A stretch of 64,000 nucleotides of DNA from Octopus sinensis (lineage: Eukaryota): positions 86,738,001 through 86,802,000 of the forward strand of contig NC_043004.1 of the NCBI RefSeq assembly GCF_006345805.1, written 5' to 3'. The notes under the pieces were generated by a model. That model was not told where the DNA came from. It ran no database searches and worked only from the letters and a program-made list of their open reading frames with translations. This document shows, one piece after another, positions 13,136 through 27,297 of this stretch; the first letter of the stretch is position 1, and every line of letters begins with the position of its first letter. A program made the position numbers and the translations under genes.

Positions 13136-15039
13136 TATAAGTGTTAAAAATTTCAAGTCAAAAGGTTTTTGAAGCTGTAGAACAAACCTAACCAGAACAC
13201 ATTTGAATTTAAACTAATCAAAGGCAATACTTTTTAGACATTCAAGAGAGAAAGCCCATATTGATAAATTTTTAAAAGAATTATCTACATATTAATCCTA
13301 GTGCAGCATGCACAGCTAACAACTGAACATATATAGATTGAGAAACATTTACAAGTAGTTTTTAACATACATTAATCTACAATTGCAGTTGTTTGCTAAA
13401 TTCAAGATTCTCATAGCTTGAGTGAGTCTGCCCTGAGACTGGCTGTTATGGTATGACAAGTCAGCAACACCACATGCACAATGAAATAGTGCAATAGTAT
13501 TGTTACATATACAGAGATACAAGAAATAAATCAAACTTTTCCAGAAAGATGCAAAGCATTTTTAAACAACTAAATACAGTTTTACAGTATTCCACAAGTG
13601 CACTCCATGTATCCTTTCAAGTTGAAACTTTTTAAAATACAAATCACAAGTTTTTGTTTCATGATCTAAGCTGTTTCTTTAATATAAAGTTCTATATTTA
13701 AAACTTCTACAAACCATCTGCTAAGCACTGCTGACATGTTTCATTACAGAATAATAAAATACTAAGATGAGTGCTTGGTTATTATGGCCTTAATAAGATT
13801 TACTAAATAACTTTAACACAGTACAATTCTTTTTTGTCACCTGATATTACCCCACTTAAAGTCAGGGTTCATAGATGTAAGTGAAATTGATTATTTTTTA
13901 GTATAATTTACACACTTCACTCAGAGGTCACATACTGACACAAATCTTCCTCTAGGGTTAAAATATATTATGAAAAATATAACCATCTTCTAAAAATTCA
14001 TGGTATATTTTGAAGACTTACTTCAGAGGTAAAAAATAGCATCCACACTGCCAGAAAATATGGTACATAAAGCTAGGGTGGTAACAAAACATTTGCCAAA
14101 TATAAAAGAAAAATCTTTGGTTCAATGGCATCAGAAGTCCTTGTTTGTCTCCTCTACATTTAGCCCCTTGTGGGCAATAAAGAAATAAGAAATGTGTAAT
14201 TAATACATGGTTAGTTCTGGGTTTTAATCTAATTAGAATTAATTTAGCCTTTAAAATACACCAGAATCAATAAATATCAGTAACACATTCGTTTTTAATT
14301 ACTTCCATGCATTTAGTTAATTGGGCTTATGTGATTGCTTCATTTCATTTGAGCTCATCAATGCTATCAATCATCAAGAGCTTTACTGGTAGCTCACGTT
14401 TACACATTAAAAAGAAATAGCTTGAAATTTAAGTAAACTGCAGTTTCTAAACATATTTAATTTTTCAATGTGGTAGTTAATTGAAAATGGTAATGAAGGG
14501 AGCTGTTCCAATTACAATTGACATATCCTTTTTCATGGCTATCTAATAGCTGCATAAGCTTAATTGAAATATGATTGACCAGGTTAATGATTTGATGTTT
14601 CTGTTCTTACAAATCAGTAATTAGTTTGAAATTTAATTCCATAGAAAAAAAGCATAACAAAAAGAAAAATTTCAACAAAACCATAAAAATGATTATAGTT
14701 AGTATTGTGACCTAATAAAATATAGCCAGTCTCTGATGTAAAATTGTTGGTGATAGGAAGGGTATCGAACCAGTAAAACCATGCCAAAATTATGACAGGC
14801 ACCAATACAATGAGAAATCTTATCTGTATAGACAGGACTAACTCCACATTACTACCATGCAAAGCAGTAGAAAAGTGCAAGAATCCTTGATAATCATCAT
14901 TAAGTAATCACACATTTCAAGGTGCAGAAAATAGACTTTGAACAACAACCTAACCATCACCACCATTGTGTATCCTCCTATTATAAGTAATAAAATTTCA
15001 TGGCTGTCATTAGTGATGTTGGTTCCATGAAAGACAAGT

Positions 15040-16830
15040 CTGAAGAGATTGTAGATTTTAGAGATGCCAGAACAAGGCAAATACATGTATGCTGTGTACA
15101 AGAAGATGGAGAACCTCAGCTAAACTCCTTGTGAGCAAAGAATACCAGTACAAATCCATCTGGGTAAGTAACAATGCTGAGATAGGTGGAGTAGGTATAT
15201 GGTAGGTAAGGAAACTGAGCAAATTATTGAGGGTGTGAGAGTGTGTGTGACAGTATAGGATATAGATCTGTAACAGAAGAAGACTGCTGAGAGTTCTATG
15301 AAACAACCTGATGTCAGCTATGGACAAGGTCTGTTACTGGAGCAAGTACCAATCAGACAAAAGGTACCATTGTATTAGAATAATACTGCTATTAGAACTA
15401 TAAAGACTACAAGACAGCCATAGAAAAACTAGAAGAAAGAGGATAGCAAAGAACAATATTAAGTATTTAGAAGAGAAGCTATAAGTCATATTTGCATGGC
15501 ATAAAAGAAGCTAATATTCTGTAATAAGAGGGTTAAAGGCATGAAGTATTGTAAATTGCAAAGCAATGTGCCAGTGTAAAACAAAATTGGAAAAGTGTGT
15601 TCAAAATAACACCACCAACTTACTTTCACTGAGGTTTGGAAATTGTTATTATGAAGAGCTATACATAATGTGAAGACTGCATGGGGGGAAGAGAGACTAC
15701 TCCCTGTAGTTGACAGTTAGGTGGTCAAAATGGCTATAAAGGGCATGAAAGAGAGGAAGGCTGCTAGTCCATCAAAGAACAGTCACCAAGGTGCAGTAAA
15801 TTTCCAGTGAGGGACTCAAGTTGATCACTTGCATAGTCAAATGGTGTTATTTGCTCTCAAGGAGTTTAGCTGAGGTTCTCCTCCATCTTACTTCTTGTAC
15901 ACAGCATATATCTACTTGCCTTCTTCTAGCATCTCTAGAATCTACAATCTCAAGAAAGAAGCAACTGTAGAAATATCAAACTGATAGATCAAGTTATGAA
16001 AGTAAAAAGTGTTTTAGAATAAATGATAAGGGAGAGAACTACTAATGAGATGCAGGTTGGAGCACTATTGATGAAGATGAGAAGTTCTTAAGAATAAGCT
16101 TTTCTTCTTAGCATGTACTGAGTTCAAGAAGACCTTTGACATAGGACCATACTCTATAATCTGGTGGACATTAAGACAACTTGATATAAAAAGTTTGTTA
16201 GAGTAGTGCAAGTCATATACAAAAATGCTTTCAACATCAAGCGAGTTGGCAATGAGTTGAGAATTTAGTGGGAGATTAGGTGTCCACCAAGGATTAGTTT
16301 TCAGTAGGCTCTTGTTTACTAAAGTTCTCCAGGCCATAAAAGATGATCCAGTACTTATAACTGAATCTGTGAAATAATTAGATGAAATCCCAGATGTGGA
16401 AACAAAACCTCCAATTGAGAAATATGGAGAAAAAGAACAGATAGGAACTGCATACATATTACTAAGGGTGTACATTCAGGTCTACCAGGTTGCCAGATAA
16501 AAGAGGCTCTGCATGTGACATGTATAGGAGTTACTAGCAGTTAGAGTACCAATGAAATAAATACTTTCCAGCCCTCAAAATGGCTCCAGAGAAGTAACTA
16601 ATAGTTTCTGTGACCTAAACAGCCATAGAGAAATGTGCTGACAGACAGTAGTAGCCAAACTAAGAGGGTGCGAGGTAAATTCAGAGAGCTATTACCAAAG
16701 GGATTGTTTCTTCAAGCAAAGAACATAAGTGCAATGTTGCAATTTTGTGACAGCAGTAGTGAGTGTAGATGAGCAAAGGCTGGAAAGAAAGGAAGTATGC
16801 TCTACTGGCTATGTAATGAGAGTGGATATG
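15040..16830 (+). mobile_element. Highly decayed RTE LINE (endonuclease to RT)
   Basis: VCCVQE..W and GVGI endonuclease remnants (15085-15200); KKTFD...IWW, GVHQG..S.LLF..VLQAI RT remnants (16120-16340); homologous to 19828-21746. Confidence 0.7.
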
Positions 16831-16849
16831 GTAGATAGAAACTGTGCGG

Positions 16850-17320
16850 AAACCTGCCGTATGCGCGTGCATGTTTGCATTCCATCACCACTTGACAATT
16901 GGTGTTGGTTTGTTTATGCCCCCTTAACTTAGCAGTGCAACATAAAGAGACCAATTGAATAAGTACCAAGCTTGAAAATAAATACTGATGTCCATTTGTT
17001 TGACTAAACTTCTACAAGATGGTGCCCCAGAATCAATGAACAAGTAAAATATAAAAAGATAAAAAAGAGAAGATTGTATTAGTACAGTCTAGTAATGCAT
17101 ATGGATTTTTCATAGTTGAGTAAAGGAGTCCCAGGTGATCCAAGTGAAAGGAAGGTGTGGAAGAGAAAGGTCAAGGAAGATAAGGGCAGAAGTAGTGAAT
17201 GAAGAAAAAGTTCAGGATGCTGAACCTGACAAAGAAAAAGAAAAGCAATAAGAGGCAAAATGATAAGGTAGCGAAGACCAGTCCAACCCACAACCATATG
17301 GAAAAAGATAATGATGATGA
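16850..17320 (+). mobile_element. tRNA-SINE 3' half followed by a decayed RTE 3' end
   Basis: taacttagcagt...gaataagtacc...aaaagataaaa, then gtccaacccacaaccatatggaaaa with a GAT tail. Confidence 0.55.
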
Positions 17321-19289
17321 AAACCATTTGTTATGTTATAAACAAATGTTACACATGAAAAATTCAAGCATAACTGACAATTTTCAATAGTTTAAGTATA
17401 AAACACAACATATTTAGGGAGCAATACTGATACAAGATAATTTTCAAAATCAGAAATGTTTACAATAAGCAACCTTACAATTTGTCTTTGATAGTAAATC
17501 CACATAATTTGCTATGCATATTAAGTTGGAAAAATATTTTAACAATAACAAATGAGTAAGAAAAAAATTTGACAATAATAAATGAGAAGTAAACAAAAAA
17601 AAATGATATTTCGGATTTCATAGGCTGCTTGATGGAATGTAGTTAAGAGTCTGTTAGCTTGATGCTTCACTTTTTTTCTCTACTCATCACCATCAGACAT
17701 GCTGACACCACAAATTTACAATTACTATTGTTGCCAACCTTTACCAAACATACCATTTCATTCTCATCAGTACTTGTTAACCTACCTACCATTCAATATA
17801 ATATTTATTTCTTTGGTGGAATGCATTAGAAAACAATTCTCTTGTATTAAATATCATTTTCTCATTTAATAGATCATATATTAAATCATAAATTCGTAAC
17901 AGAGAATGGTACTCAGATCTAAAGTAATAACCTCTTTTCATTTCAATAACATACTTATGTATTTTATTATTCAAGGCATTCATAATAATCTAAATGTGAA
18001 TTAACTCATCAGAATTGTCGTTTCAAATTAAATTATGAAATGCTTTGTAGATTATTTACTCCATTATTCACATTTTTACATTTAGATTTTACTCAATTAG
18101 TAGGTATAAATTTCTGATAATTGAAAGGAAAATTTTTATGAAGATCTAATGTCCTAATCAACAATATTTGTGTGTTTATGTATTTGAAGTGAAACATGCT
18201 AACATAAGACATTTTACCAAAACTACAGTACAATAACCACTTACAATATGTTATGGTCAAATATCTAAATTAGCCTCAAAATTCTATAACTGGTATAGGG
18301 ATGATGATGTAAATAATCTATTCCTGCTGAAGCATCAATGAGGTGACTCACAAATTAATCACATATTCTTTATTTGTATTATCCTGGGTTTTGTTTTTAA
18401 AAACACCAATATTTATATGTCCTTTCAATCACAAGTTACCCAACAAATTTGCGTATTTGTTAAATAGTTCATTTTAAATTTGTGTTAAAAGATCAAAAGA
18501 ACTAGTTATCAGACCCGTTAAAATGAACAGTTAAAATCTTAATAGATATAGCTACACCAACATATTTAAATTTTGAAGCTGATAAATGAAACTAATCTAA
18601 TGAAATTTCTTTTTTCTGATAAATGGATACAAATATGAAATGTATGACTGACAAGTCAAATGCCAAACAGAAAAATTTTCAGAACAGCTGTTGTGATAAT
18701 GATTAAAAAATATGAAATAGTTCTTGTAAGTACTGAGACTAATGTACTTTGAGGAAAAAAGAGGGAGAAAATGAAAATCATTGATAACGTACATGAAATT
18801 TATAGAAATTTAGATAAACTACTCTTGCTTTGATCTAAGAGTGGAATTAGTAAATGGTATAAGATAATTATAGGTAGATGAGGCTTTAATAAATTACTGA
18901 GAAAACCCTATTAATAACACCTTCAAAAATACATTTTATAAGGAACTTTATAATCTTCAAAAAATATATAACTATAATCAATAAATTCTTTTTGTAAACA
19001 TGTACTACCTATTATCAAATCCTTATATTCTGACAATTATTTTGGTAACCTGTGTGCAAGAATGAAGATAATTTGAACAATTCACAGCTAAGGGGAATGT
19101 AGAATAAAACTGGCAGCTTTTCTTGTCAAGGCCAACTAAACACAAACTTAGACACGAGAAATATACCACTTATTAACTCATGATGACATTGAAAAATACA
19201 AAACTATACTAGTTTCAGACACTGGACAGTGCTCATGCTGGAATAAGGTATAGTCAATTTTAAAGACTCCATCAAATATTTTATGGACT

Positions 19290-19710
19290 GGCCTAGTATG
19301 GCTGTGTGGCTAAGAAGTTTCCTTCCAGACCATATGGTTTCAAGTTCAGTCCCTACTGTATGGTACCTTGGGCAAGTGTCTTCTATAATTACCTTGGACC
19401 AACCAAAGACCTGAGTGGATTTGGCAGATGGGAACTGAAAGAAGCCCATCATATGTGTATGTGTGTGCGATTGTGTGCTTCTACATCTTGACATAGCACA
19501 ATAGTTGCAAACAAGTTCCATCATCAAATAAGCAGTGTTGTTGCCAATCTTCTGTGTAAATATGTCTGGCTATAGAAAGGAAATTTTTTGCTTGGAAACA
19601 GGTGAAGGTTGGCGACAAGAAGGGCATCTGGCTAAAGAAAATCTAACTCAATAAATTCAATCTGAGCTATGCGAGCATAGAAAAGTGAACATTAAAACAA
19701 TGATGTACAT
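19290..19710 (+). mobile_element. Composite SINE: tRNA head, body, RTE-derived tail
   Basis: tggctgtgtgg A-box, gttcagtcc B-box, then ggttggcgacaagaagggcatctggct...attaaaacaatgatg. Confidence 0.75.
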
Positions 19711-19827
19711 ATTTTATTGACATTAGAAGGATGGAAAGCAATGCAGACCTGGGCAAGACAACCAATTACCACAAGATGTTTTGTCCAACAGCTTACTGAT
19801 TCATTCATCTACTCACAATTTTTGAAG

Positions 19828-21746
19828 ATCATCATCATTTAACGTCTGCTTTCCATGCTAGCATGGGTTGGATGATTTGACTGAGGCCTGGCGAACCAGA
19901 CTCCAATCTGATCTGGCAGTTTCTACAGCTGGATGCCCTTCCTAATGCCAACCACTCCGAGAGTGTAGTGGGTGCTTTTACATGCCACTGGCACGAGGGC
20001 CAGTTTGGTGGTACTGGCAACGACCATGCCCAAATGGTGCTTTTTATGTGCCACCTGCACAGGAGCCAGTCCAGCAGCACTGGCGACGACCTCGATCGAA
20101 TGTTTCACATGCCACCAGCACAAGTGCTAGTAAGGCGACATGGTAATGATCACACTCGAATGGTGTGTTTAACGTACCATCAGCACGAAGGCCAGCTTGT
20201 TGCTCTGGCAACGATCTCATTCGTATGGTACTCTTAGTGCTCCACTAGCAACAGATGCCCGTCACCAACTTTGATTTCACTTGCCTCAACTGGTCTTTGC
20301 AAGCAGAGTTTAGTGTCCAATGAAGAAAAAGCATGCATAAGTGGACTGGTTACACCCCTAGCATAGGCCACAAGGTTATGGTCACACTTGCCGAGTCTTC
20401 TGAAGCACAGCATATTTCCTGAGGTCCCGGTCACTAGTCATTGCCTCGGTGAGGCCCAATGTTTGAAGGTCATGCTTCACCACCTCGTCCCAGGTCTTCA
20501 TGGGTCTACCTCTTCAACAGGTTCCCTCAACTGCTAGGGTGTGGCACTTTTTCACACAGCTATCCACATCCATTCTCGCCACATGACCATACCAGCGCAG
20601 TTGTCTCTCTTGCACACCACATCTGATGCTTCTTAGATCCAACCATTCTCTCAGGGCACTAACACACTGACATTATACATCCATCAGAGCATGCTGGCTT
20701 CATTCCTTGCCAGTTTACGCATGTCCTCAGCAGTCATGGCCCATGTTTCACTGCCATGTAGCATGGCTGTTCGTACACATGCACCGTACAGTCTACCTTT
20801 TACTCTGAGCGAGAGGCCCTTTGTCACCAGCAGAGGTAAGAGCTCTCTGAACTTAGCCCAGGCTATTCTTATTCTAGCAGCTACACTTTCAGCGCACCCT
20901 CCCCCGCTACTGACTTGGTCACCTAGGTAATGGAAGCTATCAGCTACTACTACTTTTTCTCCCTGGAATGTGGCGGAAGTTGTTCTCTGCACATTTTCAG
21001 TGTTATTTATAGCTCCCAAGCATCTACCACATACAAAAACTATCCTCCCAGTTAGCTTTCCTTCAATATTGCTGCACCTTATGTGTCCATAACTTACACT
21101 GGGTACATCTTATAGAGTTTCTACCTACGCCTTTTCTACAGATCGAGCAGGGCCATCTACCTGAAGAGATTTGTGGTTTGCCTGCCTTCCTACTCGTTAG
21201 GACTTTGGTTTTAGCTAGTTCATTCTAAGGCCCTTCGACTCTAATCCTTGTTTCCACACTTGAAACTTCTCTAGTTCTGTTAGTGACTCAACAATTAGAG
21301 CAAGGTCATCAGCATAAAGGAGCTCCCAGGGGCATCCTGTCTTGAATTCCTCTGTTATTGCCTGGAGGACTATGATAAATAGAAGGGGGATGAGGGACTG
21401 AACCTTGGTGGACCCCTACCTCTACCCGAAATTCTTCACTGTACTCGTTGCCAACCCTCACCTTCCTGACAGCGTCCCTGTACATGGCTTGCATGGCTCT
21501 CACTAACCATTCATCTATCCCTAGTTTCCTCATTGACCACCAGATAAGGGATCGGAGGATTCTGTCAAAGGCTTTCTCCATGTCAACAGAAGCCAGGTAC
21601 AGGGGCTTATCTTTGGCTAGGTATTTCTCCTGCAGCTGTCTAACCAGAAATATAGCATCAGTGGTGCTTTTCCCTTGCACAAAACCAAACTGCATCTCAT
21701 CCAAACTGACTCTCTCCCTAATTAGTTGGGCTATGACCCTCTCCAT
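19828..21746 (-). mobile_element. 5'-truncated RTE LINE: RT domain, C-terminus, 3'UTR and (GAT)n tail
   Basis: EMQFGFVQGKSTTDAIFLVRQLQEKY...VDMEKAFDR...GVHQGS, ELLYADDL (~21300-21325), YLGDQVSSGGG...IRIAWAKFRELLPLL...MLHGSETW, RGRPMKTWDEVVKHDL. Several frameshifts. Confidence 0.93.
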
Positions 21747-23169
21747 GATCTTAAACCTGTAATATTTCTAAGAAAGCAATAAGCTGGAAAAAATCCTTTA
21801 GAAAATATTGGTATTTATAATTACAGCAGCAAAATAAGAACATTTACCAAACCACAATACACTGGTCACAGCTTGAACGCAGCTAAAGGAATAGTAATGT
21901 GTAGAAAGCACCTTTATAACTGGGTGATATGATTTATGTAAAGCAGAGCAGCCTATTTTAATTTGTTGGAATGAATTCTATATTTACTTATAAATGAAAC
22001 AATGAAAGTGCTCGGGATGGGTTTGAATTCCCAAAATTGTTTCATTATATACAACAGAAACAGTATTAGACTAATAAAATAAACATCTGTATATCATACT
22101 TAAACCAACTACATCACAAAAAGGCAAATTAACTATGGTATTCATCCAGAGATGATATCGCTTATGGACATACTGCATTTAAAAACATATATATCAATAG
22201 ATGAAAATTATCCAGCAGCATAGACAAAATCTGTTGTCACTGATATAGGAAAACAATGAGTGAAAAATCACTGGTGTGACAATTAGCTGCCTGGCCAAAT
22301 AAAAAATCTTTTATATACAACAGCAATATTAGATTAAAATAGCCTTAAGAAAAAATACATAAAAAGATACAAAGTGCAAATAACCAAGGAACATGTGCAT
22401 GTAACATTTTAAATTGGCTGCAGCACAGAAGGCTCAAACAAGTGCAAAGACATGGAACAGTTGGCAACACATCCAGCTGGAACTCAGGGATATGTCTAGT
22501 ACCACAATATCAGTCTTACTTGAATGCTACTCTCTTCAATGATTTATAAACAAGAGAAATGAAAATATTGAAAGAACAAGTATTCAATACAAGTAAATCA
22601 ATAAGGACTATTTTGTATAGAAGTGCCAAAAATTATTACACATGAAATAAATTTAAGTGGTAATACACCTAATTTTCAAAAATTTAAATCTGGGTAGCAG
22701 CAAAAATTTCCAATAAAAAATTTGAAATTTGTCTAAGGACTTCTCATACGAATGGGACTGTCCTGAGGCTTCAACCTTGTTGATAAGATAAAAATTTATA
22801 GCCTGATTGGTTGTCAACTAATTTTCAAATAAGTCAGTGCTGACAATTTCAATATTTTAATACTACTCTCCCTTAACGAAAAAATATTTTTAATACTCAA
22901 AATGAATACTAAGATTTTTAAATAAATGAAAACTCTAAACTGATTTGTTGCTAAATATGTTATGATGAAGTCAATGGAGTTTCGCCAAATTTATCTTAAA
23001 GCAGATTGTCAAACATCTGTTTATGTTAACAGTGAAAGCCACATAAACCAATTGATTAAAGTACTGGAGTGTTTACTGTTAGTGAATTACTGAGTTTTTA
23101 TAAATATTACATAATTAAAGTAGTTTCACTTACCAGCTAGTGAAAGGACTATCAAGAGTGCAAAATGTA

Positions 23170-25220
23170 CAAAATATCATGCTGTATCAAGGAGATTTTC
23201 TCCGTTCCTCCATCCAGCTTTGCTTCATCTGCTTCCCCATCATTTCCTAAGCTAACTCAGACACTTGTTTCTAATGTTCATGCTTATAAATCTTATGGGG
23301 CATCCTATTGCCAAACTGCTCTTTTCAAGACGTTTATAAATGTCAAAGGAGACAAAGGTCTCATTGTTCCTTGTTCAACACTAAGCACAAGTTAATACAG
23401 AATACATCAAACATCATCGTAAAATAGTGCCAATCCTTGCTAAGCTCTTTCATACTCTTCTCTATACAATATACACACATACCCTCATTTTCAAAGAGAA
23501 TGGCTCTTTGAACCCTATTTACTTTTGCTCTTACAAAAATGATCATGATTGATAACCAACAGTATAGGTTCCAAAAAGCCCATTAGACAGCTCATGCCAT
23601 CATAATGAGTTCTCTTGAATCAACAACCACACACTCTTATGTTGACATGCTCCCTAAAGTCCTTCAAATCATCAAAAGCTATCATTGGACATAAACATCT
23701 ATTAATAACCCTTTCTAAATATGTTGCAATAAAGACATTGTGGAAAATAGTTTATTCAATACCACCAAATAACAGGCAATACACAAAAGATCCCAACCCC
23801 TTTATCTCTACACATAATGCAAGAACTAGTAATCCAAACTCCTCATAGTGGCTACTCTTCAGCAAAATTACACTGTAAAAGTTGGATTTTCTTTTTATGG
23901 TCAAAAAATACTTCAACCACAATGGAGATTTGAACTCAGTACAGTTCTGCCAATCAACCACCCTTATAAAAACAATTACAATTATCACACCCATTTTTCC
24001 ATGCTTGCAAGGGACAAATGGTTTTCTCCAGTAGTGTTATGTCACTTGTTGCTGTCCTTTGTCATTTCCTTCATGAAGTCCAGCCTCTTGAGATCAGCAC
24101 TCACCATTTCTTCTCTTCTGCAGCTTCTTTCCATTTGGATCACTTGGCATTTCTTTATACCTCATGTGCATAACAGCACAGCCTTCTCTCTTGCACAATG
24201 CATCTTATTCCTCTTATATTTAGCTTTTCTATCAACTTATTTGTACATACTATTGTCCAGTAGAGTATGCTCTTATCATTTCTTTCCAGCCTTCATACAT
24301 CCTCCACATTCAATGTCCATGTTTTGCTACTATTCAACATCACACAAGCATCATACAATATGCCCTTCACCCGGAGAGATAATTCCTTTGTTACTAGCAG
24401 ATGCAATAAATTCTCAACCTTTTCCACTCCATTCTTACTCTGGCTACCATGATTTTGGAATACTGCTAATTAGATCACATGGGTAACAGAAGCTATAAAT
24501 TATTCCTCCTGAAACTTCCAAGCATTTCAAAGAATATATTTCACAGATGCTCCCACAGATAACTATTCCCGTGCAACTACACAGCTTTCTTCTCTGTCAG
24601 CCTGCTTGTAATTCCACTTCACAGCTGAAGCACCCATAGTTTATGTTACGAAGTGCATGCCTACTTCTTTTCTGCATTCTAAGTATGGCCACAACACAAA
24701 TGACAATGGAGCAGTCTTCTTAGAGAAATTGAGAAAGAATACCAGTAGTATCCATCTCAGTACAAACCTAAATTGCATCCCATCTTTGCTAATTCCTCAT
24801 CAGTTATACAATAACCATTTTTCTTACTTTCACAACTTGGTCCATCAATCTGATGCTTTTATGGTGGCTTCATTCTTTTGTTTTGTAGTTGTTGGTTATA
24901 CTACATTATTAATTATGCATGTTGCTAGCATGTGTTGTATTTTACTATGTATCTTCAGCTACTTTCCCTGCCTTAAATCTTTAATCATGCCACCAAACAT
25001 ATAGTTCTCAACTTCAATAGCTGATGTCTATTCAGTTTGCTTTGAGGTAGTCTCTTCCATGCATTCCCCTCAGAGTACCCTCTCGTAATAACATTTTCAG
25101 GCCCTTTCATTTAGCTACCTGTGAGGGCAAGTGTGCAACTATCATTCCATACAAACTTTTCCCATGACATCTGCACTAGCACACAGCTTTGTAATCTGGA
25201 ACATTTTGTGCCTTTGATCA
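23170..25220 (-). mobile_element. Several very old RTE fragments
   Basis: Patchy similarity to the RTE endonuclease region, the WP...CRK.VG segment (~24660-24690) and the RTE C-terminus (24020-24500). The 212-aa + strand ORF is their antisense. Confidence 0.5.
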
Positions 25221-25230
25221 TCAATAATTA

Positions 25231-25426
25231 TAGTAATCCCTCAAAACCACCCCCCATGATAGGTGAAAATCCACCAAATAGAAACAGTACTGTATATTTT
25301 TTTATTATTTTTATAATTTGTATACATTTATTTTATTATAAATGCAAAACTACACCACAGAGGAATCAAAGTAAGCTTAAATAATAAACTGCAATAGGTG
25401 AACTGTGATATGGCGAGGGATTATTG
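25231..25426. mobile_element. Tigger/pogo-type MITE
   Basis: TA-tagtaatccctc ... gagggattattg-TA: imperfect TIRs with TA on both sides. Confidence 0.55.
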
Positions 25427-25670
25427 TATATCATTTACAAAGCAAGATCTTATTTGTGATGATTTAATGTTGTTATGAAAAGCAAAGACAATTAGAGAGA
25501 CAAATACATAAATAAATATATATATATATATATTTGAAATATGAGAATTACTTAATAGTTTTTGAAGCGTAAAGGTGATCTTTAAAAAAAATTATTTTAT
25601 TAAAAAATGTTATGAAATCTTTTATGAAAATGTTAGTAACCTTATATGGGAATTTTTTTTTCTAGTATGT

Positions 25671-25719
<49 letters not shown>

Positions 25720-26034
25720 GAAAAAATCTTTTCATCACTGTTTTAATTTGAAATTACTTGGCATAAAATAACAAAAGTATGTTACTAATTGCTAGAAATA
25801 ATAAAAATTTTGTCTCCTATTTTGCTGTGATAATAGTCTGCAAGTTCATTTCTCTGATAAAGACTTTATCTGAATAAATTATCTAGACAATAATACTGAA
25901 CACCATTCTGAGGCTTCAACATGTATATTTCCTTTAATGCATAGATTTAAAGAACTCTTTATTTTTCTATATTGAAACTTTTAACCAAGTTTTCCTAAAA
26001 TCACACATCTCTTGACCATATCGTATACTTATTG

Positions 26035-26226
26035 GCTCTCGTGCTGGTGGCACATAAAAGCACACACTACACTCTCAGAATGGTTGGCATTAGGAAGGGC
26101 ATCCAGCAGTAGAAACCTTGCTAAATCAGATTGGAGCCTGGTGCAGCCTCCCAGTTAGCCAGTCTTCAGTCAAACCATCCAACCCATGCTAACATGGAAA
26201 GCAGATGTTAAACAATGATGATGATG
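26035..26226 (+). mobile_element. RTE-tail SINE
   Basis: gtgctggtggcacataaaagcac...taggaagggcatccagc...gttaaacaa(TGA)n. Confidence 0.8.
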
Positions 26227-26544
26227 ATTCTAATTTTCAAGTTTCAAAAACCAATTCTTTTTTCCCTAATTAATCGAAGTACAATTACATTCTGTCTCAA
26301 ATTATTATTTACATTAATGATTTGTAGTTACATTGTATTTCGTTATGAACTATGATATACTATAAAGTATATTAAATGTTTTTATAATAACACATTCTAC
26401 TGCATTAGCAGTGCACTTTATTTGTTACGGTTATTTCTATGGAAATGCTATAGAAATTATAGCTAGCACTGATTTTTGCTACTACATTTCATATACGAGA
26501 CATCAGATGTAAACAAGCAATGAGATCGAAGATGAAAAATGCTA

Positions 26545-26597
26545 ATGCATTTATATGTCATATTTCGGGGGGTTTTCAGCCCTTCATCAGCACCCAT
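26545..26597 (-). ncRNA. Type I hammerhead ribozyme, core intact but helix I degenerate
   Basis: ATGGGTG CTGATGA AGGG-CTGAAAA-CCCCCC GAAA TAT-GAC-ATAT A AATGCAT. The 3' strand of helix I is AATGCAT instead of CACCCAT. Confidence 0.6.
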
Positions 26598-26814
26598 CTA
26601 ACCCATTAATCATCCTCAAACACATTGCTTAAATAGCCACTGTATACAGTAGTGTAAATTTATTGGCGATACCAACTTACATATCAAATGTATTCCTGGA
26701 AGCTGGTATGTAAATACTCATGATCTGTAATCATAATGCAACCATAATATACTATAAAGTATATCAAACATACCAGCTCCTAGGAATGCGTTTAATATGT
26801 AAATTGGTATCTTT

Positions 26815-27068
26815 TTATTCTATTGGCCATGCTGAAGTACTGCCTTAAAGAGTGTTAGTCAAAGAAATTGACCCCAGGACATTCTTTGTAAGCCTAATAC
26901 TTATTCTATCACTGTTTTTTGCTGAGCTAAGTTACGGGGACATAAACACAACAGCATCGGTTGTCAAGCGATGGCGGGGGGGATAAACACACACACACAC
27001 ACATATATATATTTCATATGTATATATATATATATATATAGTCATATGTATATATATATGTGTGTATA

Positions 27069-27113
<45 letters not shown>

Positions 27114-27220
27114 CAGGCTTCTTCCAGTTTCAATCTACCAAATCCACTTGTCCACGGTTCCACACAGTGAGACTGAACCCAGAATCATGTGGCTAGTAAG
27201 CAAGCTTCTTGCCACACGTG
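26815..27220 (-). mobile_element. tRNA-derived SINE with internal (TA/CA)n, nested in the fold-back element
   Basis: Reverse complement of the 48615-48915 family. Confidence 0.8.
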
Positions 27221-27297
27221 CACTTATTCAATGACTTTACAAGGCTATAATATTGAGGCTATTTAAGCAATGTGTTTGAGGATGATTAATGGGATAG

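Noticed and set aside
23848-24486. 212-aa + strand ORF, the longest in the window
   Set aside because: It is the antisense of decayed RTE sequence and has no recognisable domain.
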